Below, piece by piece: positions 36,392 to 50,032 of a stretch of 64,000 bases of DNA. This DNA is from Malacoraja senta. Its lineage: Eukaryota. The first letter of the stretch is position 1; the number at the start of each line of letters is the position of its first letter. A program made the translations under genes and the position numbers. The notes below the pieces were generated by a model. That model was not told the DNA's origin. It searched no databases and worked only from the letters and a program-made list of their open reading frames with translations. The DNA lies in NCBI GenBank assembly GCA_038087875.1, contig CM075995.1, positions 5,458,001 to 5,522,000 of the forward strand, read 5' to 3'.

Positions 36392-39300
36392 TACATATGA
36401 CTTGACTTGGTTTACCCTTTTTCTATGAGAATTGCTGGAGTTTCAGGTTGGGAAGCCCAGCAGACATTGGACCTGAATCAAGGTGACCAGCACCCAGTGA
36501 TTCTGTGGGGAACTATCAGTTTATCAGTTGCTTGCTGTTTAGCTTGTTAATTTCTGCACATACTCAAAAATAGTGAAGAGATCCAAAAACTAGTTGGAAG
36601 TCCGGTGCTGATGCATCTCTTCTCCAGGTCTGTGGCAGGACTCGTAGAAGTGCTGGGTGTATTTTACATCTAGCCCCTCAGCTTTATAGCAGAACTGGCC
36701 ACTGTATGTGTGGCGACCCTATCTATTTGAATGAATTTGCTGACCCTGAGGAAGAAATTACTGAATTATTTAACTTTTGTTGAATTTTGTTTATTGATGC
36801 ACAGTATTCTGTTGAATTTATTCTTTGCTATTTTAGTCTATTTGAATAGTTTTTAAATGTCTGCAAGGAAATTTAAAGCAGTCATAATTCATTGAGTCCA
36901 GAAGGTCAAAGAATATGAGAAGGTTAGCCTTGCTGGAAGTGGTAAAGGATGGGTGGACACAATGTTTGTTTGATGAGCAATGAGCTGTGTCTAGCCAGTT
37001 AGCAGCAGTCACCAATTTATCCAGATGAATGCTAACTGGAATTGCATGGGTATGTCATTCCTGGATGAAAGAATGAATACTTCAGATCAGCGTTTTTCAG
37101 AAATACCACAGACGTATCTCGCCCATGGATCCGGATCTGAACAAACACTGTTAAACTACGACCTATGACTGTATCCTCCTAGACTTACGACAACATCTTG
37201 ACCAACTGATACAAGTGACAACATTCTGGCAAGCTGTCTTACAGCCAGCAGCAGAGATGGGATCCGGAAAATTGTCATCCTAAGAGATAGCAACTGCTTT
37301 GTGATCCACATAACCATTGTTGGTATGCTGGGGTGACACCTCAATGATTCTAGAACTGTTTAGAGGACAATTTACTGGTATGTTATGATGCCTTCAAAGC
37401 CCAGTTAGCATTTGTATGCACTTCAAGCAAAGAAATTGCTTTCTTGGTGAGCTGATCTAGTTTGTGCAGCGAGATGTGAATTTGACAAGCAAGCAGCTAT
37501 TTGGAATATGTGCATTGGTTTATCTATACTACAACTGGCTAGGGTTTTCCAACCCAATGATCTCCAAAAATACCTTGGGACTGCATGTTACTTTTGCTCA
37601 ATCTCTGAAAGGTTAAAAATGACCCATTGAGAACATGACAAATTATAATTAGGCTGCAATCGGGACAATCCATACAATCTGAAAAGAGGCTAACATTATT
37701 ATTAGCTCGGCTTTTGCTCAGCATTTACCTCTGGAAGTATAGTATTTTGGAAGGGTTGATGATACTCAGAAATTTCAGTGAATTAACTTTCATTCATACA
37801 GTGCCTTTGATCATTAACTAATCTTGGATTTTATTGTGGAAACCAGTCTCTGATCCATAATTCCATATAATTCTTGCATAGCATTGCCAACATGTGGATC
37901 TCCTTGTGGCATATTTGAAAAAATTGGAAAGGGAGGCATCATTTTTAATACCTTTCCTCCTCAGTTGTATTGCTGCCAGCTCTGTTCCCAATTCATCTTT
38001 ATCATTGCACTCTTGTGGGGATCACTTGAGGTGTATTTTCACAGTGCAACAGTATTGCAGTGTTTCTCCATGAACAGAATGTGGAATTTATACAGATTCA
38101 AAGTATTTTGAATACATTTCAGAGCATTGCTTTTTGCTTGTGGAAATAAGTGTATATTTAAATTGCAAACCTAGGTTAAATACCACAAGTAGATAGTATA
38201 CTCAATGTAACCATTAGACAAAGGACTGGGTAGCATTGAACATTCTATATGCACTGTTTGCATACAACTTGTATCGTACCTGTTTTAATAACACCGAGAA
38301 AGAAAGGTGGGAATAAAAACAGCATAATATTGACAGTAAAAGATTATTTATAGTTAAAAAATAAAAAGTTAGCAATCTTTTGACAGACAGACAGGTGGGC
38401 AGAGAGGGTGGGGTAGCTCTGTTGGTGAGGAATGAAATTCAGTCCCTTGCAAGGGGTGACATAGAATCAGGAGATGTAGTGTCAGTATGGATGGAACTGA
38501 GGAATTGAAGGGTAAAAAGACCCTAATGGGAGTTATCTACAGGCCCCCAAACAGTAGCCTGGATATAGGGTGCGTTAAAATTGGCATGTCGTAAAGGCAA
38601 TGCTATGGTTGTTATGGGAGATTTCAACATGCAGGTAGACTGGGAAAATCAGGTTGGTACTGGACCCCAGGAAAGGGAGTTTGTGGAGTGCCTCCTTGAT
38701 GGATTCTTAGAGCAGCTTGTACTGGAGCCTACCAGAGAGAAGGCAATTCTGGATTTAGTGTTGTGTACTGAATCAGATTTGATAAAGAAACTTGAGATAA
38801 AGGAGCCATTAGGAGGTAGTGATCATAATATGATGTTTCAATCTACAATTTGAGAGGGAGAATGGAAAATTGGAAATGTCATTATTACAATTGAACAAAG
38901 GGGACTATGGAGCCATGAGGGAGGAGCTGGCCAAAGTTGACTGGAAAGATACCCTGATGACAGTGGAACAACAATGGCAGGTATTTCTGGGAATAATACA
39001 GAAGGTGCAGGATCAATTCATTCCAAAGAGGAAGAAAGATTCCGAGGGGAATAAGGGACGACCGTGGCTGATAAGGGAAGTCAGGGACAGTATAAAAATA
39101 AAAGAGAAGAAGTATAACATAGCAAAGATGAACGGGAAACCAGAGGATTGGGAAACATTTAAAGAGCAACAGAAGATAACTGAAAAGGCAATGGAGAAAA
39201 GATGAGGTACAAAGGTAAGTTAGCCAAGAATATAAAGGAGGATAGTAAAAGCTTCTTTAGGTATGTGAAAAGGAAACAATTAGTTAAGACCAAAGTTGGA

Positions 39301-39933
39301 CCCTTGAAGACTGAAACAGGTGAATTTATTATGGGGAACAAGGAAATGGCAGACGAGTTGAACAGGTACTTTGGATCCGTTTTTACTAAGGAAGACACAA
39401 ACAATCTCCCTGATATACTAGTGGCCAGAGGATCTAGGGTGACGGAGGAACTGAAGGAAATTCACATTAGGCAGGAAATGGTGTTGAGTAGACTGATGGG
39501 ACTGAAGGCTAATAAATCCCTTGGGCCTGATGATCTGCATCCCAGGGTACTTAAGGAAGTGGCTCTAAAAATCGTGGATGCATTGTTGATCATTTTCCAA
39601 TGTTCTATGGATTCACGATCAGTTCCTGTGGATTGGAGGGTAGCTAATGTTTCCCACTTTTTAAGAAAGGCAGGAGAGAGGAAACGGGGAATTATAGAGC
39701 CAGTGGATGTAGTGTACCTGGACTTTCAGAAAGCATTTGATAAGGTCCCACATATGGCCAAATTAGAGCACATGGTATTGGGGGTAGCGTACTGATTTGG
39801 ATAGAAAATTGGTTGGCAGACAGGAAACAAAGAGTAGGGATAAACGGGTCCCTTTCAGAATGGCAGGCAGTGACTAGTGGGGTACTGCAAGGCTCGGTGC
39901 TGGGACCGCAGCTATTCACAATATACATTAATG

Positions 39934-42900
39934 CTGACACATAAAATCTGGCTTTGAGTGGGTCCCAACTCCTTTTTGTAGGATTATTCAAGGGGATGGA
40001 GCTAAATGTAGATTAACAACTACGGAAGTCATTAAATGTGTAACTACCACCATTAGGTGGATAATTGGTTACAGTGTCGTCATTTTTAGACACTAACCTC
40101 ACTTTTTTGATTTTTTTAAAATGTCACAATAATGTACACTTTTTTGTTTCTTTGCTTAAGGACAATTTTGAGGGGGATGTAACAACTGAATTTAATATTG
40201 CAAATGCTCCCCCAACAGCCAGAGACCTAAGGTATTGGTTGCACCACATGTTTAAAAGGTATTAAATAATTTTAAATGCAAGACGATAAACAAAAGAAAT
40301 TTGGAGGAATCGCATTCTGTAGTTGGAATATTAGGGGTGCTAATGAACCAATTAAAAGGGGTACGATTTTTGCACAATTGAAGTCACTCAATTCGGACAT
40401 AATATTTCTACAAGAAACTCACTTGAAACTGCAAGCTCAAGCTAGATTGAAGGCAAACTGGATAGGCCAAACATACCAATCTTCATATATTTCCAAAGCT
40501 AGAGGCACAGCAATTATTATTCGAAAAGGTATACCATTTAAATCGAAGAATATCATAACAGATAAGGAAGGGAGATACCTTATAGTTACCGGAGAGATTC
40601 ATGCTACTCCAATTACCTTGGTAAATATTTATGCGCCTAATTTTGATAATCCCCAATTTTTTAATAAAATCCTGAATATAATCACAGTTCAATTATCAAA
40701 ATGTGATAATTGGGGGAGATTTTAACTGTGTTTTAGATCCATACTTGGATAAATCTTCACAACAGAGCAGGGGCAACACAAAATCTAAAACCAGGGAAAT
40801 CTTAAATACTTACATAAAAAATACAAATATAACAGATGTCTGGAGGATCGCTAACCCTGTCGGGACGGAATACTCGTTTTATTCAATGGTACACAAAACT
40901 TATTCACGTATCGACTATTTCTTAGTGGATACAAAACTAATCCCCTATACACTGAACCCAAAATATCACAATAGTATAATTTCTGATCACTCCCCGTTAA
41001 CTTTTTTTTAAAATTAGAAGGAATGCCTACTAATAAATCGTTTTGGAGGTTTAATCCTCAAATCCTAAATGACCGACAAGGGGAAATATATTTAAAACAA
41101 CAGATGGAACTTTTTTTTAAAGAATAATGGTACCCCAGAGACCTCACCAATTTTACTATGGGAATCATTCAAAGCATTTATTAGAGGATCTATAATCTCA
41201 TACCAAGCTTTTCTAAATAAAAGGAATAAGAAAGAACAAAGGCAGTTAGAAGAACGAATTAGAGAATTGGAATTAGACAATGCTAAAGAGCCTACTATAG
41301 ATAAACATAATAAAATAACAATAATGAAATTTAAATTAAACAAAATATTATCAGCAAATGTCATTAGATTATTTCAAATTACAAAACAGGAAAATTTTGA
41401 ATTTGGGGATAAACCACACAAACTTTTGGCTCGACAACTGAAAAAACGGGAAAAGGATCACACGATTTTAAAGATTAAATCAGATAAAGGGGAATTGTTA
41501 ACACTACCTAAGGATATTAATAAAAGATTCGCTCAATTTTTATCAAAACTTATATACATCTAAAGCGTTAGCAGATAGTACCAAAGTCAGAGAGTTCCTG
41601 GATAATTGTAATCTCCCAAAACTCAATTTGAGCGAACAAGAGGAATTGGGTGCACAAATTTCAACTAAGGAAATAGAAGAAACAATAAATACATTAAAGA
41701 ATGGAAAAACACCAGGACCAGATGGTTTTAGTAATGAATTTTATAAAAGATTTTACGAGATAATTACACCACGACTACACAAAATGTATACATATGCTTT
41801 TAAAGAACATACACTTCCAGAAACATTAGCGGAATCAACGATTACACTTATACCTAAAAAAGGTAAAGATTTAGAAGATCCGGGTTCTTATAGAGCTATT
41901 GCGCTGTTAAATACAGATAAAAAAATATTAGCGAAAACATTAGCTAGAAGATTAAGTAACTATGTTAGTAAATTAATAAATCCGGATCAAACAGGATTTA
42001 TACCCAAGAGATACTCATGCAATAACCTGAGACGTCTGTTTAATATAATGCACTCGCATAAAGACTTATCAATTATTTCACTGGATGCAGAAAAAGCATT
42101 TGATCAAGTGGAATGGGATTACCTGGTTAAAGTATTGCAAAAATTTCAAATGGGAGAGAATTTTATCGCTTGGGTAAAATTATTATATGATAGGCCTACT
42201 GCCAGAATATTAACTAATAATATTTTGTCCTCGAAATTTCAGTTATCAAGGGGAAATAGACAGGGTTGTTCATTATCACCTATGCTATTTGCTCTTGTAA
42301 TAGAACCGTTAGCGGAAAGTATTAGAATACATCCGAACATTCATGGGTATAATACAAAATACTCAAATAATAAGATATCATTATACGCAGATGATGTACT
42401 ACTATATATCACAAAATCACAAATTAGTATACCAAATATATTAAATTTAATAGAGGAATTTGGATCCTTTTCAGGATATAGAATAAACTTGAATAAAAGT
42501 GAAATTATGACGATTAAATCTCAAGAACCGATTCCCTTTTAAAATTCCCTTTTAAAATCGCTTCAGAAAAATTTAAATATTTGGGAATTGAAATTACTGG
42601 AAAATATAAATCTCTATTTAATGCAAACTATATGCCCTTACTCAATAAACGAAACATACTGATTAAATTCTGGAAAACCCTTCCGATGTCTCTTATAGGC
42701 CGAATAAATGCTATAAAAATGATCTTTTTACCACAAATTTTATATCTATTCCAGTCAATACCGATATATTTACCAACATTTTTTAATTGGATGCTGATAT
42801 TATAAACTTTATATGGGATTATAAATCCCACAGAATCCAAAGAAAACATTTGTGTAAACCTAAAGAATCTGGCGGATTATCACTCCCTAATTTTTTATAT

Positions 42901-44393
42901 TATTACTGGGCCACAAATGTCAAAAATATGATTCACCTGTTGGACAATTTGGCCCAGCAGGTGGATTGGATAGTAATGGAGAGAGAGGATTGTTCCCCTT
43001 TTAACATAGGAGCGATCCTTCTCTCACCAACAAAAAGGAAGAATACAATATATAGTAAAAATCCAATTATTCATAGTACAATTAGAATTTGGAAACAAAT
43101 AAAATTAACGTTAAAATTAAGAAATCTATCACTTCTCTCACTTATAATGAATAACCCTTCGTTTAAACCTTCTATGATAGATAAATCTTTTATAAATTGG
43201 GAAAGAGTAGGAATTAAAACTTTTGGAGATATGTATGATAATGGAAGTTTTTTAACATTTCACCAACTACAACTTAAATACAACTTGAGTAGTAATCAAT
43301 ATTTCAAATATTTTCAAATACGTGACTATTTGAAAAAGTATACACGAGAATATCAAAATATGTCTCCTGACCTATTAGATGGGATAATGAATATAAAAGC
43401 GGAATCAGCTAACTTAATATCATACCTGTATAATTCCATTTTAAACATAGAAATTCCATCATCGGATGGGATTAGAAGAGAATGGGAACAGGAACTAGCT
43501 ATAAAAATCTCGAAAGAGAGTTGGGATAAACACCTATTATATGTGCATAAAGGCTCGATTAATGTAAGACATACTCTGATTCAATTTAAAATTTTACATA
43601 GATTATACTATTCAAAAGCTAAATTAAGTAAATTTTACCCAAATACCTCTGCTATCTGTGATAAATGCCTAATCCAAGAATCAACTATACCACATTCTTT
43701 TATTTTTTGTATAAAAATCCAAAAACTTTGGAATGAAATTTTTGAAATTTTCATTAAATTAGTTAAAATAAAACTGAAACCGACTGCAGAATTGATTATT
43801 TTTGGAACAATAGAAGCAAGTTTGGAGCTGACTTCGTTTCAAAGGAGTTTTCTTAATTATGGCTTAATAACGGCAAAAAAACTGATACTGAAATTTTGGA
43901 AAAACGCTCCCACGCCAACAACAAAAATGTGGACTTCTAATATGTCGGAATTGTTACACCTAGAAGATATGAGATTCCTCCTAGCAGGTAAACAAGACCA
44001 ATTCCAAAAGATTTGGTCTCCATATATCGACTTATTACAAACATAGGGTGCAACAAAATGTTGATAATAAATGGTTTTAGGACCTGGCGAGGGGTGAGTA
44101 AAGATAAGAAGTAGGTACATCCCTTTCATATTGTCCTATCTTACTTTCTTTTTTCTTTTTTCTTTTTCCTCCTTTTGGTTTTTCTCTTTTTAAAATTTAA
44201 ATAAAACTATTTCTTGTGGTTTAGGTCCATATGGGTGTTCCTGGACCACTCTTTCAATCACTCACTGACTATCTTTACTAACTATCCTTTTTTCCTATTA
44301 AAGTTTAAAATAAGAAGTGGTACAAGAAAAGTATAAACTTATGTTATTGCAGATTACTGTAATGTAAAATACTTCTAATAAAATATAAAAAAG
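39934..44393 (+). mobile_element. L1-clade LINE, 5'-truncated (no ORF1), ORF2 40276-44046 frameshifted
   Basis: SWNIRG, FLQETH, GGDFN, SDH, PGPDG, RQGCSLSP, YADD, C-terminal Cys/His motif; AATAAA + short A tail; 16-bp TSD ACAATATACATTAATG (39918-39933, 44394-44409). Confidence 0.95.
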
Positions 44394-44499
44394 ACAATAT
44401 ACATTAATGATTTAGACGAAGGGATTAAAAGTAACATTAGCAAATTTGCAGATGACACAAAGCTGGGTGGCAATGTAAACTGTGAGGAGGATGCTATGA

Positions 44500-45348
44500 C
44501 TAACCACTAGGGGTGCCGCATTGAAGGTAGCCTCTGCCTACAGTCTGTTTTTTTCTATCTTTTTTTAATTTTAGTTTGTCTTAAAAGTGTGTGTTTGGAG
44601 TTTCTTTACTTTTTTTATGTGGGGGAGGGGGGTATGGTAAGGGGGAAACCGCTTTTCAGTCGCTTCCTGGCGAGGACGTGACTATTCTCCGAGTAGCGTC
44701 CTCGCCCTCCTCCTTGCGACCTGCCAACTGGATCGGAGCGGCCTTTCCTGCCGGGGACCCGGACCAGAGCTTCAGCAGCGGAGTCGCAGCGCTGGATTCA
44801 CCGCGGAGCGGAGCGATGTCTACCTGGATCGCCATTTGAAGCTCCGGACTGCTGGGCCCGCTGTTCCAACATCGTGGAGCTGAGGTTTGAAGAGCTCCCA
44901 ACGCGGGCGGCGCTGACCTCAACATCGCGGAGTCCCTGGGACCCTTTGCCGAGGGCTGCCAGCGTGAATCACCGGCCAGCAAGGCCTGTGGACTCCTGGA
45001 GCCGCGGACTCTGGTAGGAAGTGGCCGATTCGGAGGTCCAAGCCGCGGAGGTTGTTCTCCCAGTCCGATGTCGGAGTTCCATCCCGGCGAGCGGGCCTGA
45101 ATATCAGGCCACCCGTAGCGGCGACTGCGGAGGGCTTGGGAGGCCCCGACCACAGGTGAACATTAAGAACGACAGAGGAAGAGGACTGACTTTGGTGCCT
45201 TCCCTCACAGTGGGAAACTTGGATTCAGCTGTGTGGGGATGTTTTATGTTGGACTCTATCGTGTGTTTCTGTACTTTATTTTAATTGTATGGCTGTATGA
45301 TGAACACACATTTCACTGTGCCAACTGGCACATGTGACAAATAAATGT
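44500..45348 (+). mobile_element. GC-rich non-autonomous retroelement, copy C
   Basis: Colinear with copy B; tail CATTTCACTGTGCC..GCACATGTGACAAATAAA. Confidence 0.8.
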
Positions 45349-46969
45349 AGTTTAATGTGGATAAAATTGAGGTTTCCACAAAAACAGGAAGGCAGATTAT
45401 TATCTGAATGGTGTCAAGTTTGGAAAAGGGGAAGTACAATGAGATCTGGGGGTTCATCAGTCACTGAAAATAAGCATGCAGGTATAGCAGGCAGTAAAGA
45501 AAGCGAATGGCATGTTGGCCTTCAATACAAGAGGAATTGAGTATAGGAGCAAAGAGGTCCTTCTGCAGTTGGACAGGGCCCTAGTGAGACCACACCTGGA
45601 GTATTGTGTGCAGTTTTGGTCTCTAAATTTGAGGAAGGACATTCTTGCTATTGAGGGAGTGCAGCGTAGGTTCACAAGATTAATTCCTGGGATGACAGGA
45701 CTGTCATATCTTGATAGAATGGAGCGGCTGGGCTTGTATACTGGAATTTAGAAGGATGAGAGGGGATCTTATTGAAACATATAAGATTATTAAGTGTTTG
45801 GACATGCTAGAGGTAGGAAACGTGTTCCCAATGTTGGGGGAGTCCAGAACCAGGGGCCACAGTTGACGAATAAGGGATAAGCCATTTAGAACGGAGATGA
45901 GGAAAAACTTTTTCACACAGAGGGTTTTGAATCTTTGGAATTCTCTGCTTCAGAGGGCGGTGGAGGCCAATTCTCTGGATGCTTTCAAGAGAGAGTTAGG
46001 TAGAGGTCTTAAAGATAGTGGAGTCAGCGGATATGGTGAGATGGCCATAACGGGGTACTGATTTGGATGATCAGCCATGATCACATTGGCTGGCTCGAAA
46101 GACTGAATGGCCTACTCTTACACCTATTGTCTATTGTCTATTTATTGTTAAAGATACTTTTGTGTATTCTGTTCTCTTTCTATCTTTTATTCATCTTTTA
46201 TTTTTCTTTATTCATTCAAGGCAAATTTTTGTTGCTCTCCAGCAATCGTCCTCCCATGCAGCCTCTGGAATATATACTGCCATTTAATATCATAATAAGA
46301 AAAATATTGCAAAATCTACCCTTTTTAATAATCATTTATTTTTGACTGTGATAAAATATTTTAGTTAGAGGTCTTTTTCTTGGCAAAAAATGAAAATTCA
46401 AATATTTCTAAGATGTCACTGTTATATTGTGGTGTGCCTAATAAGCAGTAATTATCATGAGCTGCTTAGTGGTGAGATTTTTCTGTCAGATTGTTCCCAA
46501 AACCAGCGGTGCAGCACACAAAAGCAGTGAGTAAAAGCTGCCTTTGAATCATTAACCTGATTATGGGCTCAGTGAACTATTCCAACACAGTCATGAAGAT
46601 GTTATCTCATCTTCCACCTTCCTCCGCCCATGCCTGGCTTATTTTCCACATATTCTTTATTCAATACTCTATCCATCAATCAGATCGGCTACATCCTTCA
46701 TTGTACCCCATGTAATTGGTAAAGTGACGAATATTGAGCTTTTTCACCATTGAGATCAGTCATTTTACATGAACTTCAATTTGCATTCAATTTTGTCTAT
46801 TGGATTCTCAGACATTGAACCTTGTGATATTGAATCTGCTTGGGGCAAAAAAAATAGAAAGAAAGCATTTGCGAACATTAATTTTTAGCAAAGAACAATA
46901 TTAAACTCAACTTTGCCCAGAAACGTAAAGGGGTTATTCTGAAATCTATACGAGTATGCATGGTGAATC

Positions 46970-48443
46970 GGATCCCACTGCACTTCCCCTTTTCCCAACT
47001 TGACGCCATTTAGATAGTAATCTGCCTTCCTGTTTTTGCTACCAAAGTGGATAACCTCACATTTCTCCACATTAAATTTCATCTGCCATGCATCCGCCCA
47101 CTCCCCAACCTGTCCAAGTCACCCTGCATTCTCATAGCATCCTCCTCACAGTTCACACTGCCACCCAGCATTGTGTCATCTGCAAATTTGCTAATGTTAC
47201 TTTGAATCCCTTCATCCAAATCATTGATGTATATTGTAAATAGCTGCGGTCCCAGCACCGAGCCTTGCGGTACCCCACTAGTCATTGCCTGCCATTCTGA
47301 AAGGGACCCGTTAATCCCCACTCTTTATTTCCTGTCTGCCAACCAATTTTATTTCCATGTCACACTCCACACCCAATACCATGTGCCCTAATTTTGCCCA
47401 CTAATCTCCCATGTGGGACCTTATCAAATGCTTTCTGAAAGTCCAGGTACACTACATCCACTGGTTCTCCCTTGTCCATTTTCCTAGTTACATCTTCAAA
47501 AAATTCCAGAAGATTAGTCGAGCATGATTTCCCCTTCGTAAATCCATGCTGACGCGACCGATCCTGTTACTGCTATCCAAATGTGTGGCTATTTCATCTT
47601 TTATAATTGACTCCAGCATCTTCTCCACCACCGATGTCAGGCTAACTGGTCTATAATTCCCTGTTTTCTCTCTCCCGCCTATCCCTCCAATCCACAGGAA
47701 CTGATCCTGAGTCTATAGAACATTGGAAAATTATCACCAATGCATCCACGATTTCTAGAGCCACTTCCTTAAGTACCCTGGGATGCAGACCATCAGGCCC
47801 TGGGGATTTATCAGCCTTCAGTCCCATCAATCTACCCAACACCATTTCCTGCCTAATGTGGATTTCCTTCAGTTCCTCTGTCACCCCAGATCCTCTGGCC
47901 ACTACTATATCAGGAAGATTGTTTGTGTCCTCCTTAGTGAAGACGGATCCAAAGTACGTGTTCAACTCATCTGCCATTTCCTTGTTCCCAATAATAAATT
48001 CACCTTTTTCGGTCTTCAACGGTCTAACTTTGGTCTTAACTAATTTTTTTTCTCTTTCACATACTTAAAGAAGCTTTTACTATCGTGCTTTATATTCTTG
48101 GCTAGCTTACCTTCGTACCTCATCTTTTGTCCCCATTTTGTCTTTTTAGTTATCTTCTGTTGCTCTTTAAACATTACCCAATCCTCTTGCTTCCCGCTCA
48201 TCTTTGCTACATTGTACTTCTTTTATTTTATTTTTATACTGTTCCTGATGTCCCTTGTCAGCCACGGTCATCTCTTACTCCCCTTGGAATCTTTCTTCCT
48301 CCTAGGAATGAACTGATCCTGCACCTTCTGTATTATTCCTAGAAATACCTGCCATTTTTGTTCCACTGTCATCCCTGCTAGTGTATCTTTCCAGTCAACT
48401 TTGGCCAGCTCCTCCCTCATGGCCCCAGTCCCCTTTATTCAAC
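46970..48443 (-). mobile_element. CR1 LINE ORF2 internal fragment
   Basis: [30 protein letters not shown]. Confidence 0.92.
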
Positions 48444-48479
48444 AGTCATCTGGTATACTGGGACAGTCCATCACATCAT

Positions 48480-49035
48480 CTCCATTCACCCATTGAGACC
48501 TCTTCTTGTGCTTCCTCTTCACCCTTGCTCTTCCCCTTCTGCCTTTCTTAAAAGTCTGCTGAAGCAAAAGGGCTACTGCAAACAGCAGTAGTTGTATTTT
48601 TACTAACATCCTCCAAACTAGTTCCTTCCTAGCTTGCATGGTTCAGAATGATTAAAAAAAACCTGGGAGGCATTTTTTAGTGAGAACAAAATGCAGACAT
48701 GATATCATTTTATCAGGTGATCATTTGAGCTGTAGACACTCGTCACTGGTCGTTGTTGGTTTTCGGTGTGGTCCTCTGAGGTCGAAGGGGGTCGTGCTCA
48801 TTCGCGGACCAATTTGCCAGAGACCATCCTCGAGTAAAACGTACATGGTCAAAGCCAGTCTTCAACATAGTCGAAGGAGGTCTTCTTCATAGTCGAGGGA
48901 GGTCTTCAACATAGTCAAAGGAGGTCGTACATATAGTCGAAGAAGGTCGTAGGTCACTGCGACCTTGATTTTTTTTTTAGTCGCGTACGGTCGCCAGAAC
49001 CCACGGTGGAGGTCTCCCAAGTGGGACAGTGCCCT
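48480..49035 (-). mobile_element. One end of a Harbinger element, possibly with transposase N-terminus
   Basis: AAGTGGGACAG(T)GCCCT + TAA resembles TIR of the 4602 MITE; subterminal repeats CATAGTCGAAGGAGGTC; ORF with basic tract ending KKRSQWVN. Confidence 0.6.
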
Positions 49036-49288
49036 TAACTAAAGAGTTTAGAATTTGTTTATACTTGTGAACTCATAGCATATAATGTGTATTGAATAGT
49101 ATTGCATGTACTGTAATGTGTGATTACTGTATTTAGAAATTAAATTTTACGGAGGCATTATATTTTGTCCTTTTAATATTTCTGTGAAAGAACAAAAGTT
49201 TGCTAGTTTGTTGTGAAGTTTATTTTAGAAGGTCTTTGTTTTGGTTGAGTTGAACTATGTTGATTAGTTCAGTAGAAGTACAAGATGT

Positions 49289-49493
49289 AGATACAAAAAG
49301 CTGGAGTAATATAGCGGATCAGACAGCATCTCTGGAGAAAAGGAATAGGTGACATTTCAGGTCGAGACCCTTCTTCCCTCGACCCGAAACGTCACAAATT
49401 CCTTTTCTCCAGAGATGTTGTCTGACCTGCCAAGTTATTCCAGCTTTTTGTGTCCATCTTCTATTTAAACCAGCATCTGCAGTTCCTTCCTAC
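49289..49493. mobile_element. Short palindromic Penelope-derived element
   Basis: Inverted pLTR arms; TSD AGAAGTACAA(G/C)ATGT (49274-49288, 49494-49508). Confidence 0.8.
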
Positions 49494-49938
49494 AGAAGTA
49501 CAACATGTGATGTATGCTAAGGTCAAGGTGCATGCCACTTGCAGCTTTCTTGCTGTATGGAAAGTATTTATTTAAAAGCAGATATTTTGTATTGCTGATA
49601 ACTTAAAAGAAAAGTTCAAGAAAATGAAACAGTGACATAATACATACTCAAACTCAATTCCAAATGTTGCTGAATAGCAGAAATAATTTTTGTTGCACTG
49701 TTGTATCCATTTTGTGAATGCAAACAGTGCCTTTTATAAAAATTAAATACTTGTCAATGTTGAGAGCATATATTAAAAGCAAATGGAGTAAAAACCAGTC
49801 AAAGTCGTATAAAAGTTATGCAAAATTATTCTGGAATGTTTTAGTCTATTTTATAAAAAGATGAAATTACTCTCATGACATTGTCTACTCATTTGGATGT
49901 ATATTGTACCTCCTACATTGATTTATTTATCTGAGCAG

Positions 49939-50032
49939 GTGGATTAAGGGAAGAAAACAATGATGACCGTGTGTTGCAGTGTTGCCTGCAATACCAGCAG
50001 TTGCACCCTTACACCCACGTAGTTCTTTGCAG
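49939..50032 (+). CDS. SWT1: SWT1 PIN exon ([19 protein letters not shown]), phase 1/2
   Basis: CAG acceptor, AG|GTAAGA donor; NNDD motif. Confidence 0.95.

Larger units (their letters stand above)
30340..36410 (+). mobile_element. Old Rex1/Babar LINE hosting nested insertions
   Basis: LNITKKLIVDF..VERVSNFKFL; WYSNSNAQEHKRLQR; tail split as GTGCATAT (34292) ... CATATGACTTGACTT (36394). Confidence 0.75.
38385..46140 (+). mobile_element. CR1 LINE ORF2 (APE + RT, internal deletions) interrupted by L1 and GC-rich copy C
   Basis: MGDFN, GSDHN, LDFQKAFD; resumes after each insert ([32 protein letters not shown]); (TTGTCTA)n tail. Confidence 0.9.

Noticed and set aside
36820..37400. Coding-like composition in intron
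   Set aside because: No sustained ORF or recognisable motif; possibly an old TE I cannot identify
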